A stretch of DNA of 64,000 bases from Styela clava (GCF_964204865.1 NC_135250.1:9052001-9116000); one strand, 5' to 3'. Positions 14,185-27,601 are shown, counted from the stretch's first letter. Made by a program: numbers and translations. Notes: generated by a model from the sequence alone, not told the origin.

Positions 14185-14948
14185 GGTCTTACTACTTACT
14201 GAATACAGCGCGAAACACCGCAAAGAGCGCGAAACAGCGCAAAAGAGCGCGAAACAGCGCAAAACAGAGGGAAACAGCGCAAAATAGTGGGGAAACAGCG
14301 CGAAAGAGCGCAAAACAGAGGGAAACAGTGTGAAGCAGAAAAAAATTTTGTAATGAGTTCGGGGCACCTTGTTTTGAGTTGGATTACCACGGCAGCAAAT
14401 TAAAAACACAAACCAACGTATGTAGCCAGTAATGCTGTAATGGCAGGTCTGCCCCTGCTGGTGACACATTTTGGGTACTATAATTTAGAACATTTTCCAT
14501 GTGGATATGGTTGGCTTTAGGGTTAGGGTTAGGTAAAAAGGGACCTCCAGAAGTATGTGCACCAAGATGGCGCACAACCTGAAAATAGCATGTGTGTGTG
14601 TGTGTGTAGCGGAATCAGGTTGTGCGACATATTGGTGCACATACTTCTGGAGCACCAAAAAGATAGATAAAATTTCGCATGATGACCAATAATCCGGTAC
14701 ATAACCTTGTAAATATGCCGGAAATAGCGCCATAAAACCATAGCGAGAGGCGCCGTGGTTCTTTCGTGGCAGGAGGTGGTAATGACTGCGTCTCCTGTTT
14801 TGCGCTGTTTCCCTCTGTTTTGCGCTGGTTTCCTTCTGTTTCGCGCTGTTTTCCTCCGTTTTGCGCTGTTTCGCGCTATTTCGCGCTCTGTTGCGCTGTT
14901 TTGCGCTTTTTGCGGTGTTTCGCGCTGTATTCAGTAAGTAGTAAGACC
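14185..14948. mobile_element. Foldback-like element with about 150 bp inverted arms of GAAACAGCGC subrepeats, enclosing two further elements
   Basis: GGTCTTACTACTTACTGAATACAGCGCGAAACACCGCAAA at 14185 and its reverse complement ending at 14948. Interior (about 14360-14794) is homologous to the element at 32133-32579. Confidence 0.8.
14541..14656. mobile_element. Small palindromic MITE nested in the foldback element
   Basis: TIRs GGACCTCCAGAAGTATGTGCACCAA / TTGGTGCACATACTTCTGGAGCACC, AAAAAG on both flanks; same family as 55529-55640. Confidence 0.8.
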
Positions 14949-15212
14949 CTGGAAGTTCAGTCATGTATTTAGATACAGTAGATAAATAAGATAAGGATAT
15001 CTTTGATCGGCAGGTACAGGTTTATTGTAATGAATCATAAATGTTTTCATAAATGCAGAAATAGCAAATAGGGCTGTTGGGTGTCTTCAATCATATCCGC
15101 AGTACTGCAGTATGGATCTATTTTCATTGAAATTTTGAGATATGTCACTTCAGACTTTTAATACCATGAAGATGTTTTTAAAATAATGTTATACCTTTTT
15201 GGCTCTGTAATA

Positions 15213-15498
15213 CAGTGGTTCTCAAACGGTGGGGCGTGTCTCACAAGGGGGCAGGCGTAGACAATTTTTAGGGGGGGGGGTCGGGATGGGCGTAAAGCTA
15301 AATAAAAAATATTTGTTATATTTGATCTTGCCCGCCTTGTTTTGGATATTCACATTTCAAAACTTTTCATTTATTTCACTATTTACATTCCATCCATGTA
15401 TTTTCATTGTGTTTTTTGATTAAAACATACCTTTGCCTTACTATCTGTTATTTGTAGCTCGTGGGGTTGGCGCGGCTTAAAAAGTTTGAGAACCACTG
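15213..15498. mobile_element. hAT (Buster-type) MITE
   Basis: TIRs CAGTGGTTCTCAAAC / GTTTGAGAACCACTG; TSD ctgtaata/ctctaata. Confidence 0.88.
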
Positions 15499-16187
15499 CT
15501 CTAATACATTGATCATGTCATTATTAATTTTACATAGCAAATCTCAATCAAAGGATAATACCAATGTCCAAGTCTTAAACGTTTAGTTTGGTATTAGAGC
15601 GCTCTTATGCTTGCTCTATATCAGTAAGTGCACCGTATTCTTGTTCTATAAATGCAGGAGGTTCAGAGACTGTAAAATCAGAGTATTACATGTATTACCA
15701 GGGTGAAATTGACATATTCAAACAATACTTTTTCATTGAATGGCTCATTTTTTGTTAATTTTAGTTTCCAAATTGCAAAATTGTGTTGTATTCATTTACA
15801 TTAATACACTTCCATATTACTGTATTATCTGACGTCATTTGCTGATGAACTCAGCAAAAACAGTGACGCTGATGACTTTTTAGTCATTCGCGAGTCCTTG
15901 TCAAATGCAGTTAAAATATTGTATGCCTATTTCTATAATTGTTCAATTTATTTGTGTTTGTTCAAACAATTTTTCATGCATGATGAAAATTTCTTCGGAG
16001 TACTCTGAGTAGAAAGTTTTTCAATTCCCTAATCCAGCAATCTCAAAAACAAAACATAATTTACCAATTTTAGGCAAAATATTAAACTGTAAATTTAATG
16101 AATTCAGATTTGTAATAAATGAACTTAATCAGATACTGGTGGTAACCTGTAGGTACTGTAATGAGTGGATATTGAGCGCAAACGAGC

Positions 16188-18927
16188 ATGAAAATTAATG
16201 AGAAGGCTTTATCGGCGTTTGCAAACTGCAATATATGTTCAGATAAAGAAGGATGGTTATGGAAAAAGGGTGAACTGAATACAAGCTATCAAAAAAGATG
16301 GTGTGTACTACGTGGCAACTTACTTTTCTACTTTGATAAAAGGTAACATATGAATGTATCCAATTGTCCCGATTTAGGTGATGAGGTCAAAGACGTTATT
16401 TCGAATATATTTCATGCCCATGCAAAGTAGAATTATTTAATTTAAGAACAAGAGCTGAGAGATGAAGTCTCATTTTTCCAAATCAAACTTCCCTTTAATT
16501 AGTACCGATAATAAAATTTTCCATATCATTATTGTGTTTGATCGTGCCATACTGTATTGATCATTGTGGCGAATTGCAATAACAATACCAAATTAAGATG
16601 AAATGTCTCACGGTGTGCATGATATTTTCAGTACCTGACTGGCTATGAGCAAAATAAATTGAAATAAGACTAATTATATATATTTTTACTATGTTTCCCT
16701 TCGAGTGAATAGTTGTGGCTTGTATTTTTTAGCCATGTGGGACTATTGAAAACCCTTGACGGCATTAACCAATATGTATTTAGATATCTTTTTCTAATTA
16801 GTATCAAGCTATAAGTCATAGAAATTTTATTATCATAAATTGTAAACTCGCCTTTTTATTGATTTTGACTCAAGTTTAATGTTGCTCAAACCTATAGTAA
16901 TTACTCCCACCTCTTCCAGAAAGTGAGTCATCAATAAAAAAGTTGTTTAAGCTGTGTTGTTTTCATCATAGTCATTTTTTATATAACTTATAAGCTGGGC
17001 TCCATACCATGTTTAGGTGTTGAATATATATGAATTAAACTTAAGTATTAGAAAATTGTAAATGTGAATACATAATCAGATGGTTAAGAGCTGGAGCTAC
17101 CATCTAATATCATAATCTTGGCTCCAGCTCCCCAGCCCAGGTTATAAGTACAATGTATTAAATATTGATTATTCCAGTCCTACTAGATTCCACTCTATTA
17201 ATAATTATATCTAGAGATCAATGCTTCTTGTTGGGTTTCACATCAGCAACGGTTTTATTAACAGTAATATTTCGATATATTCTAATTCTTTATCCTAGAT
17301 ATGACAAGGATCCAATTGGTGTTATAGTTCTTGAAAATTGTACAGTTCAACTAGCAGAAGGTGGAGATTCTTCCTACACATTTTCTATTATATTTCTTGG
17401 GAATGGCATGAGAACTTACAAACTTGTAGCAGATGATGAAGAATCATGCAATGATTGGATAAAATCATTGTCACTATGCAGTTTTAGGTATCAATATTCC
17501 TATAAATTAAATCCTAGTTTTATTCTCTCATCATTAGAAAATTTTGGTAATTACCGGTGAGTCCTAAGTGAAAATGTTAGGATTGAGCTTTTTACTATAT
17601 CAGATTAATGTCAGATTAATGATTCCATTGGTTCTGATTTTTATTACAACTCAGTATTTTTAATCTGTTTAAATGTAGTATCCGGAGTATAGTTTACTGG
17701 TCAGACAACTCAGCGGGTCAGAGGTCGTTGAACCGCACCGATGAAAATAATCTCATCCTGGCGAACTAGCGTACGGCAGCTTGTTGCTTTCGTAGCCTAA
17801 GCTAGACTGCTGTCGAATCGTAGGAAATAAGGAACACATTTCATTATAGTTTCGAGGGAAATGAATTTACTTCCCACTTCAGCTATTGTACTATGTAAAA
17901 CTGGTGTTCTTATTTTCATCACGACTTGGTAATTGCTTCAATATTCAGTTCTCTAATTTCTTCTAGATATTTGAAAATACTGGTGGAAGAATTAGAAGAA
18001 AAATCAAATCAAACTAAATACCAACCAACATTGCTTATTCCAGGTACACCATTTTGTTGATAGTGATATATGGTGTTTTTTTGGGCGTATTACTATGCTT
18101 CTGTAAACACGCTATGCTATGAAAATATTTTTTTATAAAGAACAACTTATGATGACATAGGTATGATAGGGATATATGTTAAAGGCGTTCTGGAATAATA
18201 TTTTTAAATGTGTAATATTGGTCATAGTCAAAAACGAATTCACACAAAACCATTGTAAATTCATAAAAATAAATCTAATGAAATATCTTATTATATATAT
18301 TGAATTATATAATCCGCAATATCAAATTAGTCAACTAATTGTTTCCTCTACTAACTATTTTTCAAATGAAGATATTCCGCATTGTTCCGAAATGGATTAA
18401 TTATATGAACATTTGAATTGTTTGACATCCCTTGTTGAACCGTTCAACCTCCCCTTGTTCACAGTGTTATTCAATAAGAAGGTAATTATCTGCTTTCTTT
18501 AGTTTTAAAATTTCTCTCAATATCTTTAAATGTAGATTCCCAGCAAATTCCCTTAGTAAGGGGTCTAAAGAATGCTGCAAGCACAGAAGATATATCAAAA
18601 GGGAGAGTCAAGACTACAAAAAAGATCACCAAATCAAGTTCGGAAAAAAGTTTGCAAAATTTAATTGACACTGATGAAAAGCCTCTAAAAATAGTTAACA
18701 CTTCTTTGGACGGTGCAAAAACCAAAACAATATTTTATCCTCTTTTGTCGCAACCACATACCCTCCTCAAAGTTGAGTATGGGGGTAAAGGCAAAACTAA
18801 AAAGCAGACATTTCTAGCCTCAAACAAATCGAAAATACCTACTTTAACTTCCGCAAATAGGTCATTTGTTGCAATGCATGAGTACTTTCGTCAGGGCATT
18901 GAAGAATTAGCTGTTTCGTTGTCCTGA
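16188..18927 (+). CDS. PHETA1: Sesquipedalian / IPIP27 PH-domain endocytic adaptor (PHETA1/2, FAM109 co-ortholog), about 270 aa
   Basis: Exons 16188-16342, 17299-17487, 17967-18043, 18536-18927 (813 nt). PH domain MKINEKALSAFA...KRWCVLRGNLLFYF...DPIGVIVLENCTVQL...YLKILVEELE; C-terminal F&H motif SFVAMHEYF (OCRL/INPP5B-binding type). Confidence 0.92.
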
Positions 18928-19571
18928 CTGGTAAATAATTATTATAAAAACAATCTTTATATAAATAAATTGCATGTGAAGGGAACAAAGTGTGTTGCAA
19001 AACTCCTTCTAACCAATATGCATATATAATCAGATTACTGAACACTCCGAGACATGCCAAACGCTTGCCTCTATTAATCCTGGTTCTCAGAGGTGCAAAA
19101 TTACCTGTTTCTTTCGCATTGCAAGAATGATTTGTTTACTATCTAATATCTATTTATCTATATTATATATGCACTTTAATCAAGCTAAATGTATAATTTT
19201 GGTTTCCCATACGGATGTGGATGGGTGCTTTGTTTCATGTGTAGCAAATTTTTTAATAAATTTCGCTTGTTCAAACTTATTGAATATTATTTAACTCCAG
19301 GGTAGGATCACGTAGTGGTTAAAATGGGACTATGTTGGGATCGTTGACATCTCAGATCCCTCACAAGGTTTGGCTTCCTCCAAAAATGGTGACCGCTTAC
19401 AGTTGGTGCTTATGCAGGGGATTTCTTCGTGGGTGATTGGTGGTAGAAGAGTGATCGATTCGTTAAAAGGTATTTCCTTATTTATCCACGAGAGTGGATG
19501 CGTACAACGTAAATTTAAACAGATATATAAAACCTGTATGACCATATAATTCTATGTTAAACCTATTTGTT

Positions 19572-20263
19572 TTATGTCTGCTGATTCTCATCAATGAGTT
19601 GTTGCTGTAGACTGTGCGCTTGGTTCATCTTTGATACGATAACGATGCGTTCAATGTCACCCATGGTTTCAGCAACAACTCTTGGTTGCTGCCCGTTATT
19701 CTTTTGAAATTCAAAAAGACCAACACTGCAGAGATTAGACAAACTGTGCTTACACCACTAGATTTTTGAATTTCAACATTGCAGCCACATTCCCATATAA
19801 ATTTCTTTATTGAAAAACACTTCTCTAATATTTTAAAAAATAAAGGTTATCCATCTTTAAAGACTTTAAATTTATATTGATTGATCCATTATTTGATTAA
19901 TTACCAACGCACACAATTACCACTAGTTACTCTACTTAGGTTGGAACCCTCAAATAATTCCTAGTTTATCAGAATTACCTCCTCTTTTGAAGTATATTAC
20001 CAGATTTTGACCGGTAATCGAGGCACTGTGATGTTAGCAAATAAAAGTTTATTGGAAAGGAGTTTTATTACAGAAGCTTGACGTTTGCTATAATCTTTTG
20101 GAAACCAATGGATTCTTAGCGGAGCAGCATTCACTGTATCTTGACTTGAAAGCATCAGGGTATGATTCCGAAGATAAGGGACATTTTCTTTTGTGGGGAA
20201 TCTACTCGCGTCTGTACGGCAATGTCGAAAAGCCAGGGTCTGGTTCATAATGATCAACTCCAT
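19572..20263 (-). CDS. Candidate orphan two-exon gene (about 138 aa)
   Basis: Exons 20263-20001 and 19725-19572 join in frame via TG|gtaata and ctgcag|T; strong upstream acceptor TTCTTCTTTTCACAG near 20350; AAGATGG start context. No recognised homology. Confidence 0.25.
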
Positions 20264-20590
20264 CTTTCTACTTTACATGCTGCAATGCAATTGTTATCTT
20301 TCCAGTATTTCTAAACAACACACTAGAAACTATATTATTAAGACTAAACCTGTGAAAAGAAGAACTTGAGATAGTAAGTAGCCTAGTCGTGGAGAAAACA
20401 CTTCACACAGTGGTCACCAGCTTCACACAGTGGAAAACAGAAAAATAAAGAATGATTTTTAAGGAAAATTGGCAATATAGCAGTAGAATTTCTAAAGTTA
20501 AAGCAGCATTTTGCACTAGAAGCCCCAGTTTGGGGTTAAGTTCTAATAGATATAAAATAATGTTAATATAACGAGATAGAAATACTAGAC

Positions 20591-20971
20591 CAGGGTGGTC
20601 CAAACCCAGGCCCGCGGGCCACATGTGGCTCGCCGCTTCATTATCTGTGGCCCGCGTCACATTTCGTCATAAAATTATTCAGAAAAATCTTTTGACATAT
20701 TGTCATCACTAATGTCATTAAATAGTTTTATGGCTACCTGGGGAAATTAGCAAAGTTGAATGATGTGCTTGGCAGTCTATGTTATCTAGCTTTCTAACTT
20801 TTTGGTCGGGAATATATGATAACAATATTGGCATCATAGTAAACTAAAAATCGAATGGCTATGCCTGATGACTATGTGATTGCACAATAAAAGTGTTTGT
20901 TTTGTATTGCACTGTTTACCTACTCTTGGCACTATTGTGGCCGGCGGAGCCGACAACCTTGGACCACCCTG
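20591..20971. mobile_element. hAT (Buster-type) MITE
   Basis: TIRs CAGGGTGGTCCAA / TTGGACCACCCTG; perfect 8 bp TSD TACTAGAC; subterminal GGCCCGCGGGCC. Confidence 0.92.
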
Positions 20972-21131
20972 TACTAGACACTCATAAAATTGCCTGATTT
21001 GAAATACTTAGATTAATAGAGTAATTAATAAGGAGGTGTTGAGATGCAGTGGCTGCCAAAACTTAACCTGGAGATATTTGAAGATTGCTATTCAAATACA
21101 GATTTACTTGAAGATTTCACCCATATTTCAA

Positions 21132-22586
21132 CTATGTATGTCGTCTTCCCTGCTGATGTAATTGTCTCAAGCTTTCTTTTATTTGTGCTAATTGATCTTT
21201 CTCCCATCTTTTTCTTAAACATTTCGGTAGACAATGGCAGACATCCAAATTCAATACTTGTATATTTGTAAGACAGTAATGGAGAAGCAGTTCTAAAACT
21301 CGAGCTGAAATGTTGGTGTAGCGCACAGAAAGAATGGAAATTGACTGCCAATACATTATATCTACACAGGAATATAGTTCTGCATTTAAATCTCCATAAT
21401 TATCCAGATGGAATTCTTTTAAAGATCCACTAACATGAAGCAATAGAGTAGAGAAGCTTGATCCATAAAATCCTGATATGTCGAGAAATTCAATTTTACG
21501 ACAGTTTTCCAGAGAGGGGATTAAATGGTAAACATTCATTCTACGATTATGCAAATTGACGGTCCTTATGTTAGGACTTTTTGAAAAAATTGAGGTGAGC
21601 ATTCGATTATCTGTTTCTTTAACATAAAAATAATCATTAACAGACAAATTCAAATCTTCTAATTCTGGGAAATCAACTTCCAGACAATCACTGCTATCCA
21701 AATGCATGTTTATTAAGTGCAGCACCCTCAAAGGTTTCAATTTTTTTATATTGGATATGCGAAAAGTTCTGCCGCATTCAATTTTTAGAACTGTAAGATT
21801 CTTCAGATGGTTGAGAGAGATTTGTAAATTACGCGGAAATTCAGGATTGATCATTACAAGACGTGTTAGTTGTTCAGCCGCTCCTAAGAATGGAGATACA
21901 TACAAGGATGGTTTTCTAAAAAAGTTTAAAATATCCACATATTAACACAAAAATATATTACCAAACTAACCTGACAAGATTTTTCTGATGTCGAAGGTAG
22001 GAATTGATGTATGACATATACAAAATTCTTGGAGTGACGACAAATGTCGATCTACTATAGCTTGCAAGCAATTCTTCATAGAAATTGAGCCACATCTTTG
22101 AATTGAAAGTACCCGAATCCTTCTTGCATAATTAGATATCGTTTTTATAATAATTGGAGCAACCATGGGCAACTCATCGCATACTAAATTCTCCACAGAG
22201 CAAAAATGAGCTCCTGCCATTAATCTGAACGACTTCACATTATTTTTAAATCCCCGTTGACTTTTCAACACATATGGAGCAAAATGTAAATTGGACCATA
22301 AAAATGGTATATTTGCAGTCATTCTCCAGTGTCTGCAAACCTTGGATAACCGTAGAAGGCAAGGCAATGCTCCAGTATCTTGGTTTACTAGATATCCAAA
22401 TATTTTCACCAAAACCTCTGCAGGCAAATATGCCCACTGGCTTTGAACTCGTTTTGCACGCTTGTGACGCAATTGTGTTTCTCCAGGCCCAGGCAGTGAG
22501 ACAATGTTACACAAGTTATTTCGTCTTCTTTTCAATGGTGGTGTTTCATTATTGTTTTCATCCAGTTGAGTCCTTTTTGTATCCAT
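21132..22586 (-). CDS. FBXL6: F-box/LRR protein 6 (about 455 aa)
   Basis: Exons 22586-21971 and 21883-21132 (87 nt GT-AG intron). F-box WAYLPAEVLVKIFGYLV...ALPCLLRLSKVCRHW, LRRs, C-terminal LNLDVCHCLPKCLRK resembling FBXL6. Confidence 0.82.
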
Positions 22587-22776
22587 GGCTCTAGTCGTAT
22601 AACTAGTAACCTAAATAAAACTTAATTACAAGTACAATTGAATAATTTACCACTTCAGGTTTTGATTCAAGAAGAAATCGATTAAACTCAACTTTTTCTG
22701 GTCCACAGACTTTACAGACCCCAATGACAATTTGAGTTATGATTTTATTTTCAGTCACCTAGAGAATTGTATATAA

Positions 22777-23113
22777 AGGATAGGATTTACATATATTTAT
22801 CCCGGGTATGGGTGAGCCGATAATACGGCTTGATCATATGGTGAACCACGGCCTCTCGTCCGGTTACCAGTCCACGTCGGGTATGGGATTACTGTTAGCC
22901 AGTTATTTTGTTTTCGGAAGCATGGACTTGATGGTGGAGGAAGCCGTAACCGACCAGCGATTACGTGAACCACCCTACAGCGGCGAGGAGTCCAGCAATC
23001 CTCTCGCACATAATCAACCTTGCATGGGATTCGAACCTGTAAACCCACGAAGGGTAATCAGAGATGCGGTGGCGAGCGTATTCCTAACGCTTAGCACGAT
23101 GCGCCACACCGCC
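22777..23113 (-). mobile_element. tRNA-derived SINE, full length
   Basis: Same head, body and (ATCCT)n tail as the other copies; ends about 190 bp upstream of the FBXL6 ATG on the same strand. Confidence 0.92.
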
Positions 23114-24916
23114 GGGTAAGTAATACGGTAACAAAGTTAAATGTGGATTTAGTATGGTAGGCTACCAGTTACCCAGTCTGGATTTCATGGCCTTTTTGAA
23201 CGAGAAATCGGGCGTGCAATCAGAAATTCCCGCGTGCAAATAAGAATTCCTGGCGTGCAATTATAGCTCACGACGTGCAAAACAACTGCACTCGCGTGCA
23301 ACTGACTTTGACATCAGATACCTCTCAATACATCCGCGTAAAATTACCGGTATCGGATAAAAAATACGTTGAATCAGAGAAAAAATGGACGTTTGACCTT
23401 TGACCCCAAACATTATTTCTACTGTTTGTCGCTAATTTTGAGAGTGTTTGTGCGACTTTGGATACCGGTACTGTTCAGTACATCCGCGTAAAATTATTGG
23501 ATAAAAAATACGTTGAACCAGAGCAAAATGGACATACTTTGTCATTAATTTTGGTATTGTTTTTACGTAGAATCAATGACATTAAACAACATGATAGGCA
23601 ACTCTGACGTCACTCCGTAAGACTACAAGCGAAAGATTGTATTTCATGATACGCTCCAATGCACATATTTCTCGTCGCCCTTCGCGACCGTTTTCAGCTC
23701 GCTTTTGCTACTTGGCGCCTTCCTTACGTGTAGTACTTGCCTTTTTGCGACTGTAACGAAAGAAAATAATCTCTATATCCAAAAAGTTTTACTCACTTGG
23801 AAAGCTGGAATGGCAGACAAGCTGTAAAGAGCAATTCTGGACATCATAGACGTTTTTTATCAGAGAAGATTACAAACGCGATAGCGGAAAGATTTGTGCG
23901 GAACATTTTGCAGATAATAAAAATTTCAAGGTTAGTAATTTTAATGTTTGCGCTTAAACATTGAAATTTCATTTAAAGAGGGTGTCATACAGGACAGTAA
24001 AACTGTTTTTACTTCTCCTAACGGTGCTGTGATACAATTCCATAACACAAAGTTTGCACCTATCGAACTTGCTTTTGTAGGTGAATTAATTAGACATATT
24101 ACATATTCAGTTAATCGTAGGTAACATTGCTGGTACATAATGCCTCGTAGATAGCTTTGTTTAAATTTAGGAATTCAGCTCATTAATTAATGATGTGATA
24201 ATTAATCATTCAGCCCACTAATTAATATTATCTTCTATGCAGGAGGTTGCAGGGCCGAATTCAACTTGCAGCCTTACCGATCACCTGACCATGCTCATTT
24301 AGTTTGGCTCGAGCAAGTCTTCTTGAAAGACTTGTGTGAATGGAAACTACCTATATGTTTTGCATTCCTCCGATTTTAGAAGACAAATTTATTCTGAGGG
24401 ATTTCGCATATAATTCTCATTGGTCGTTGGCTGTTTATATTTCCTATTAATTGTGGATTCTGATTATAACAAAGAGTTAAAAAAAAATGACGTAATTTAC
24501 TGGCACCTCTTTCTTGTCCATACTCCAAGCTGAGGTAATAAACAAGACAATACATTTATGTCATCTGGAAGCAAAATATGCACACTAATTAATAGTTTGA
24601 CACATTGAGATAACACATCATCAGAAAATACAAGTTAAAGATATGTATGACCATCACATGGTATTTAAAATTAAAAAATAATTAATAGCGGCTGTGGAGT
24701 ATGAAAAATTCAAGACAAAGAAAAGAACATAAGTTTATAGCTCATGAACTCTTAATTTTGCCTCCATTGCTTTGTGAAGGCCAATATATTTCGAGTGGCT
24801 GAATTAGTTTACCTTTATGATAACAACGATTTTGTATTTAATATAGCAAGATTTTTTTCAATTTGATTGAAGTGATATTATTTCCCAAAGCAATGCTTGG
24901 ATCGTCTAGAATAGAT

Positions 24917-26072
24917 CAGTGGTGTCAAACTCATGGGTTTTCGAGAGCCGCATTGCATTTTGGAAATTGTAAAAAGGGCCGCAAACAGTTTTTGATAATG
25001 TATACTTGAAAGATATTTTTAAGATAGTTTTAGTTTGTGACATATGTTGTGATGCAACTAAACAGTTGGATTAAGTTTCATTATTTTCTTTAATTTCAAA
25101 TGCAATTACATATTAATATTTGCATTCCACTATTATTGCAAGTTACTGTATTTATTACAAAAAATCATAAACTTCTATGTACATCCATCAAAATCCTTTT
25201 TGAACAAACTTTGGATAAGGAAAGAATAATACATACACTAAAAATGACCTATTTTAAATATATGGACCTAAAATTAACAAAAATACTACAGTATGAACTC
25301 AATGTTTTTTTAATTACATTTGTCCTGACGTTTGGTATCTTTTTTGTGTCACCAGCATACTAAGGCCAGGCTGAAATGATTTTGTAGTACCAACTCTAAC
25401 TAACGAGGTCACATGATCATGGGCTAATCTGGATCTTTGCGAAAATTAATTCCAGTAATGCAAAAAAGTGATTTTTATAATTTCATGTATAGATACAAAA
25501 AAAACACATGACAGATTTTTTCGAAAAGACATTTCGCACCACATTGCGTGGCATAGGATTGCTTGAATTATTATTGATATTGATTTTTAGTAACGAAGTC
25601 GTTGTATAATTTTATTTTAATATACAAACACATGAAAATTTTCTGTTCAAAGTTGCCCTTCGAATTTGTGATATTGAGTGCTGACCTTTATGTGTTTTTT
25701 CATTGTATTGATGGAAATATGACAAATTAAACAATGTGCTTCAGAATTTTGTGAAATGCAGAAATATTGCAACTCTCATTTTCTTTGAAAATGCCACCTT
25801 CTTCATGTACTTTGCGTTTAATTTAATCACTCAAGTGTTTTATTCAAGTATTCTTTTGCTAGCTTGATGTGTATTCTTAATTGGGTCAGAATGTGAACAA
25901 AAACAAATTAATTTTCCAAAACTACAGTAAATTGTTTTCTGTGTGAATAATCAATTTTGAAAAATCTATTACATTTAGATAGAAAAAAACTTCCAAAATA
26001 TTATTACAATTATTGCTAAGCGTTCGAGGGCCGCACTGGAAGTTCTCTGGGGCCGCGAGTTTGACATCCCTG
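24917..26072 (-). mobile_element. Internally deleted Buster/Charlie-type hAT element nested in the 4.8 kb element
   Basis: TIRs CAGTGGTGTCAAACTC / GAGTTTGACATCCCTG; TSD gaatagat/gtctagat. Minus-strand transposase remnants KRKVHEEGGIFKEN-(frameshift)-ELQYFCISQNSEAHCLICHISI (about 25819-25710) and QRSRLAHDHVTSLVRVGTTKSFQPGLSMLVTQKRYQTSGQM* (25439-25314). Confidence 0.88.
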
Positions 26073-27601
26073 GTCTAGATTGAAGTTGTCCAAAATGTAA
26101 CAGATTTTATCATGAATCATGATTATACCCTTTCCTGAATTTCTTCTATAGTACTACCAAAAGTTGATGAACCAAATATAACACAGGTGTAGTGAGTTAG
26201 CCGTAATCCTCATTTTCCAACGCTGTTTTAAGTATGTCTGGCATGTTTTGTGCCTTTTTACAAATAGGACCGCTTATGCAATCTCACGCTTTAGAATTTT
26301 TTGATATTTTCCTTGAGCCCTGCAGGATGTGGGTGCCATACACAACTCTACCGGAGGGTCAAATGTCTTTGCATGCCTCCCATAGGTTGTTCTTCTATTG
26401 CAAACATTTATGGAGTACTCTAATTATATTTCTTGGAATCACACGGTCACTGATATGTCGCCAGACTTCTGATATCTCCCCTTCTGCTGTAGTTGTCCTG
26501 TGAATAAGTAATAGGAAATTGAGATTAGACGATTAGTTGAAACTTTTGCTTTATGTCGGCTTAATTTCTTGATTGATATACATACTATTTTTGCTATTGC
26601 CTCTTGTGCTGCAGGAGTCTCACAATGCTTAGACAGGTTTGTCCACATTCACATCTGAAGAAGGAGAGGAGATTTATTAATTTTCGTCAAGAATAAATGA
26701 AGCAGTCTATATGATTTAGAATGGAAAAGCTAATAAATCCAATATCTCATGTTTAATGTAAAAATGTTTTACTGAATTTGGTATATAAACCAACTAATGA
26801 AGGAATTTAGTCAGAAAATTACAAGCATTCGTGACTCCATATACTTGAGAGATCAGACTATACAATATAGACCGGTATGAATGAAATGTTAGGTGAACTT
26901 GTTAACCCTTTGATTCAATCCTCACTGATTAAAAAAAATCTAAATGGAGGTGCATGAACTATTTGAAACCATAAGGGGTAAGTAAATATGCAATTTCGGC
27001 AAATGGGCAACTACGTACCGTACTGAATTAATAACTTCGTAGTATTTGACAAAAGCTGGCTTTCCCACATGTACTGAACAGTGCGATGCCCGGGTGTGAT
27101 ATACAACAATAGTATTTACCTTACCTTTTTCCGATTTCTTTTTACCTCAACTTTCCAAAATATCATTAAAATCGACAACAACTGTCAAAGCCGGCACGAA
27201 CACCATTCGTGCTATGCTTGAAAGCAGCACACATCCGCTCGTTTTCGTCTCGTCAAGTATGTGCATTGGAGCGTGCTATCGGATACGATCTTCGGCCAAA
27301 AATGCCGTAGTTGCGCATCATGTTGTTTAATGTCATTGGTAGAATTAATGGATAAAAAATACGTCAAATTAGAGCAAAATGGACGTTTGACCTTTGACCC
27401 CAAACATTCTTTTCATACTTTGTCACTAATTTTGGGAGTGTTTGAGCAACTTTAGATACCGGTACTGTTCAGTACATTCGTGTAAAATTATTGTATGAAA
27501 AATACGCTGAATCAGAGCCGTACTTGGCCATTGGTGCGGAGGCGATCTTTTCGTCCATAACTATTCTCACGGGATTTTTATTTCCTATCATTCAACACGA
27601 T

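Noticed and set aside
14097-14972. Repeat array and AKQRET-rich ORFs as a CRISPR array or repeat protein
   Set aside because: No unique spacers or cas genes, eukaryotic context; these are the inverted arms of a transposon.
15842-15875. CTGATGA motifs as a hammerhead ribozyme core
   Set aside because: No properly spaced GAAA with flanking stems was found here or at the other CTGATGA sites examined.
19300-19545. Possible second SINE family or ORF after PHETA
   Set aside because: Only an A-box-like TAGTGGTTAA, no clear B box and no second copy in the window.
21915-21938. FBXL6 exon 2 starting at the AG at 21916 or the ORF-track start at 21938
   Set aside because: That acceptor gives a stop after about 10 codons; the acceptor at 21884 keeps the frame.
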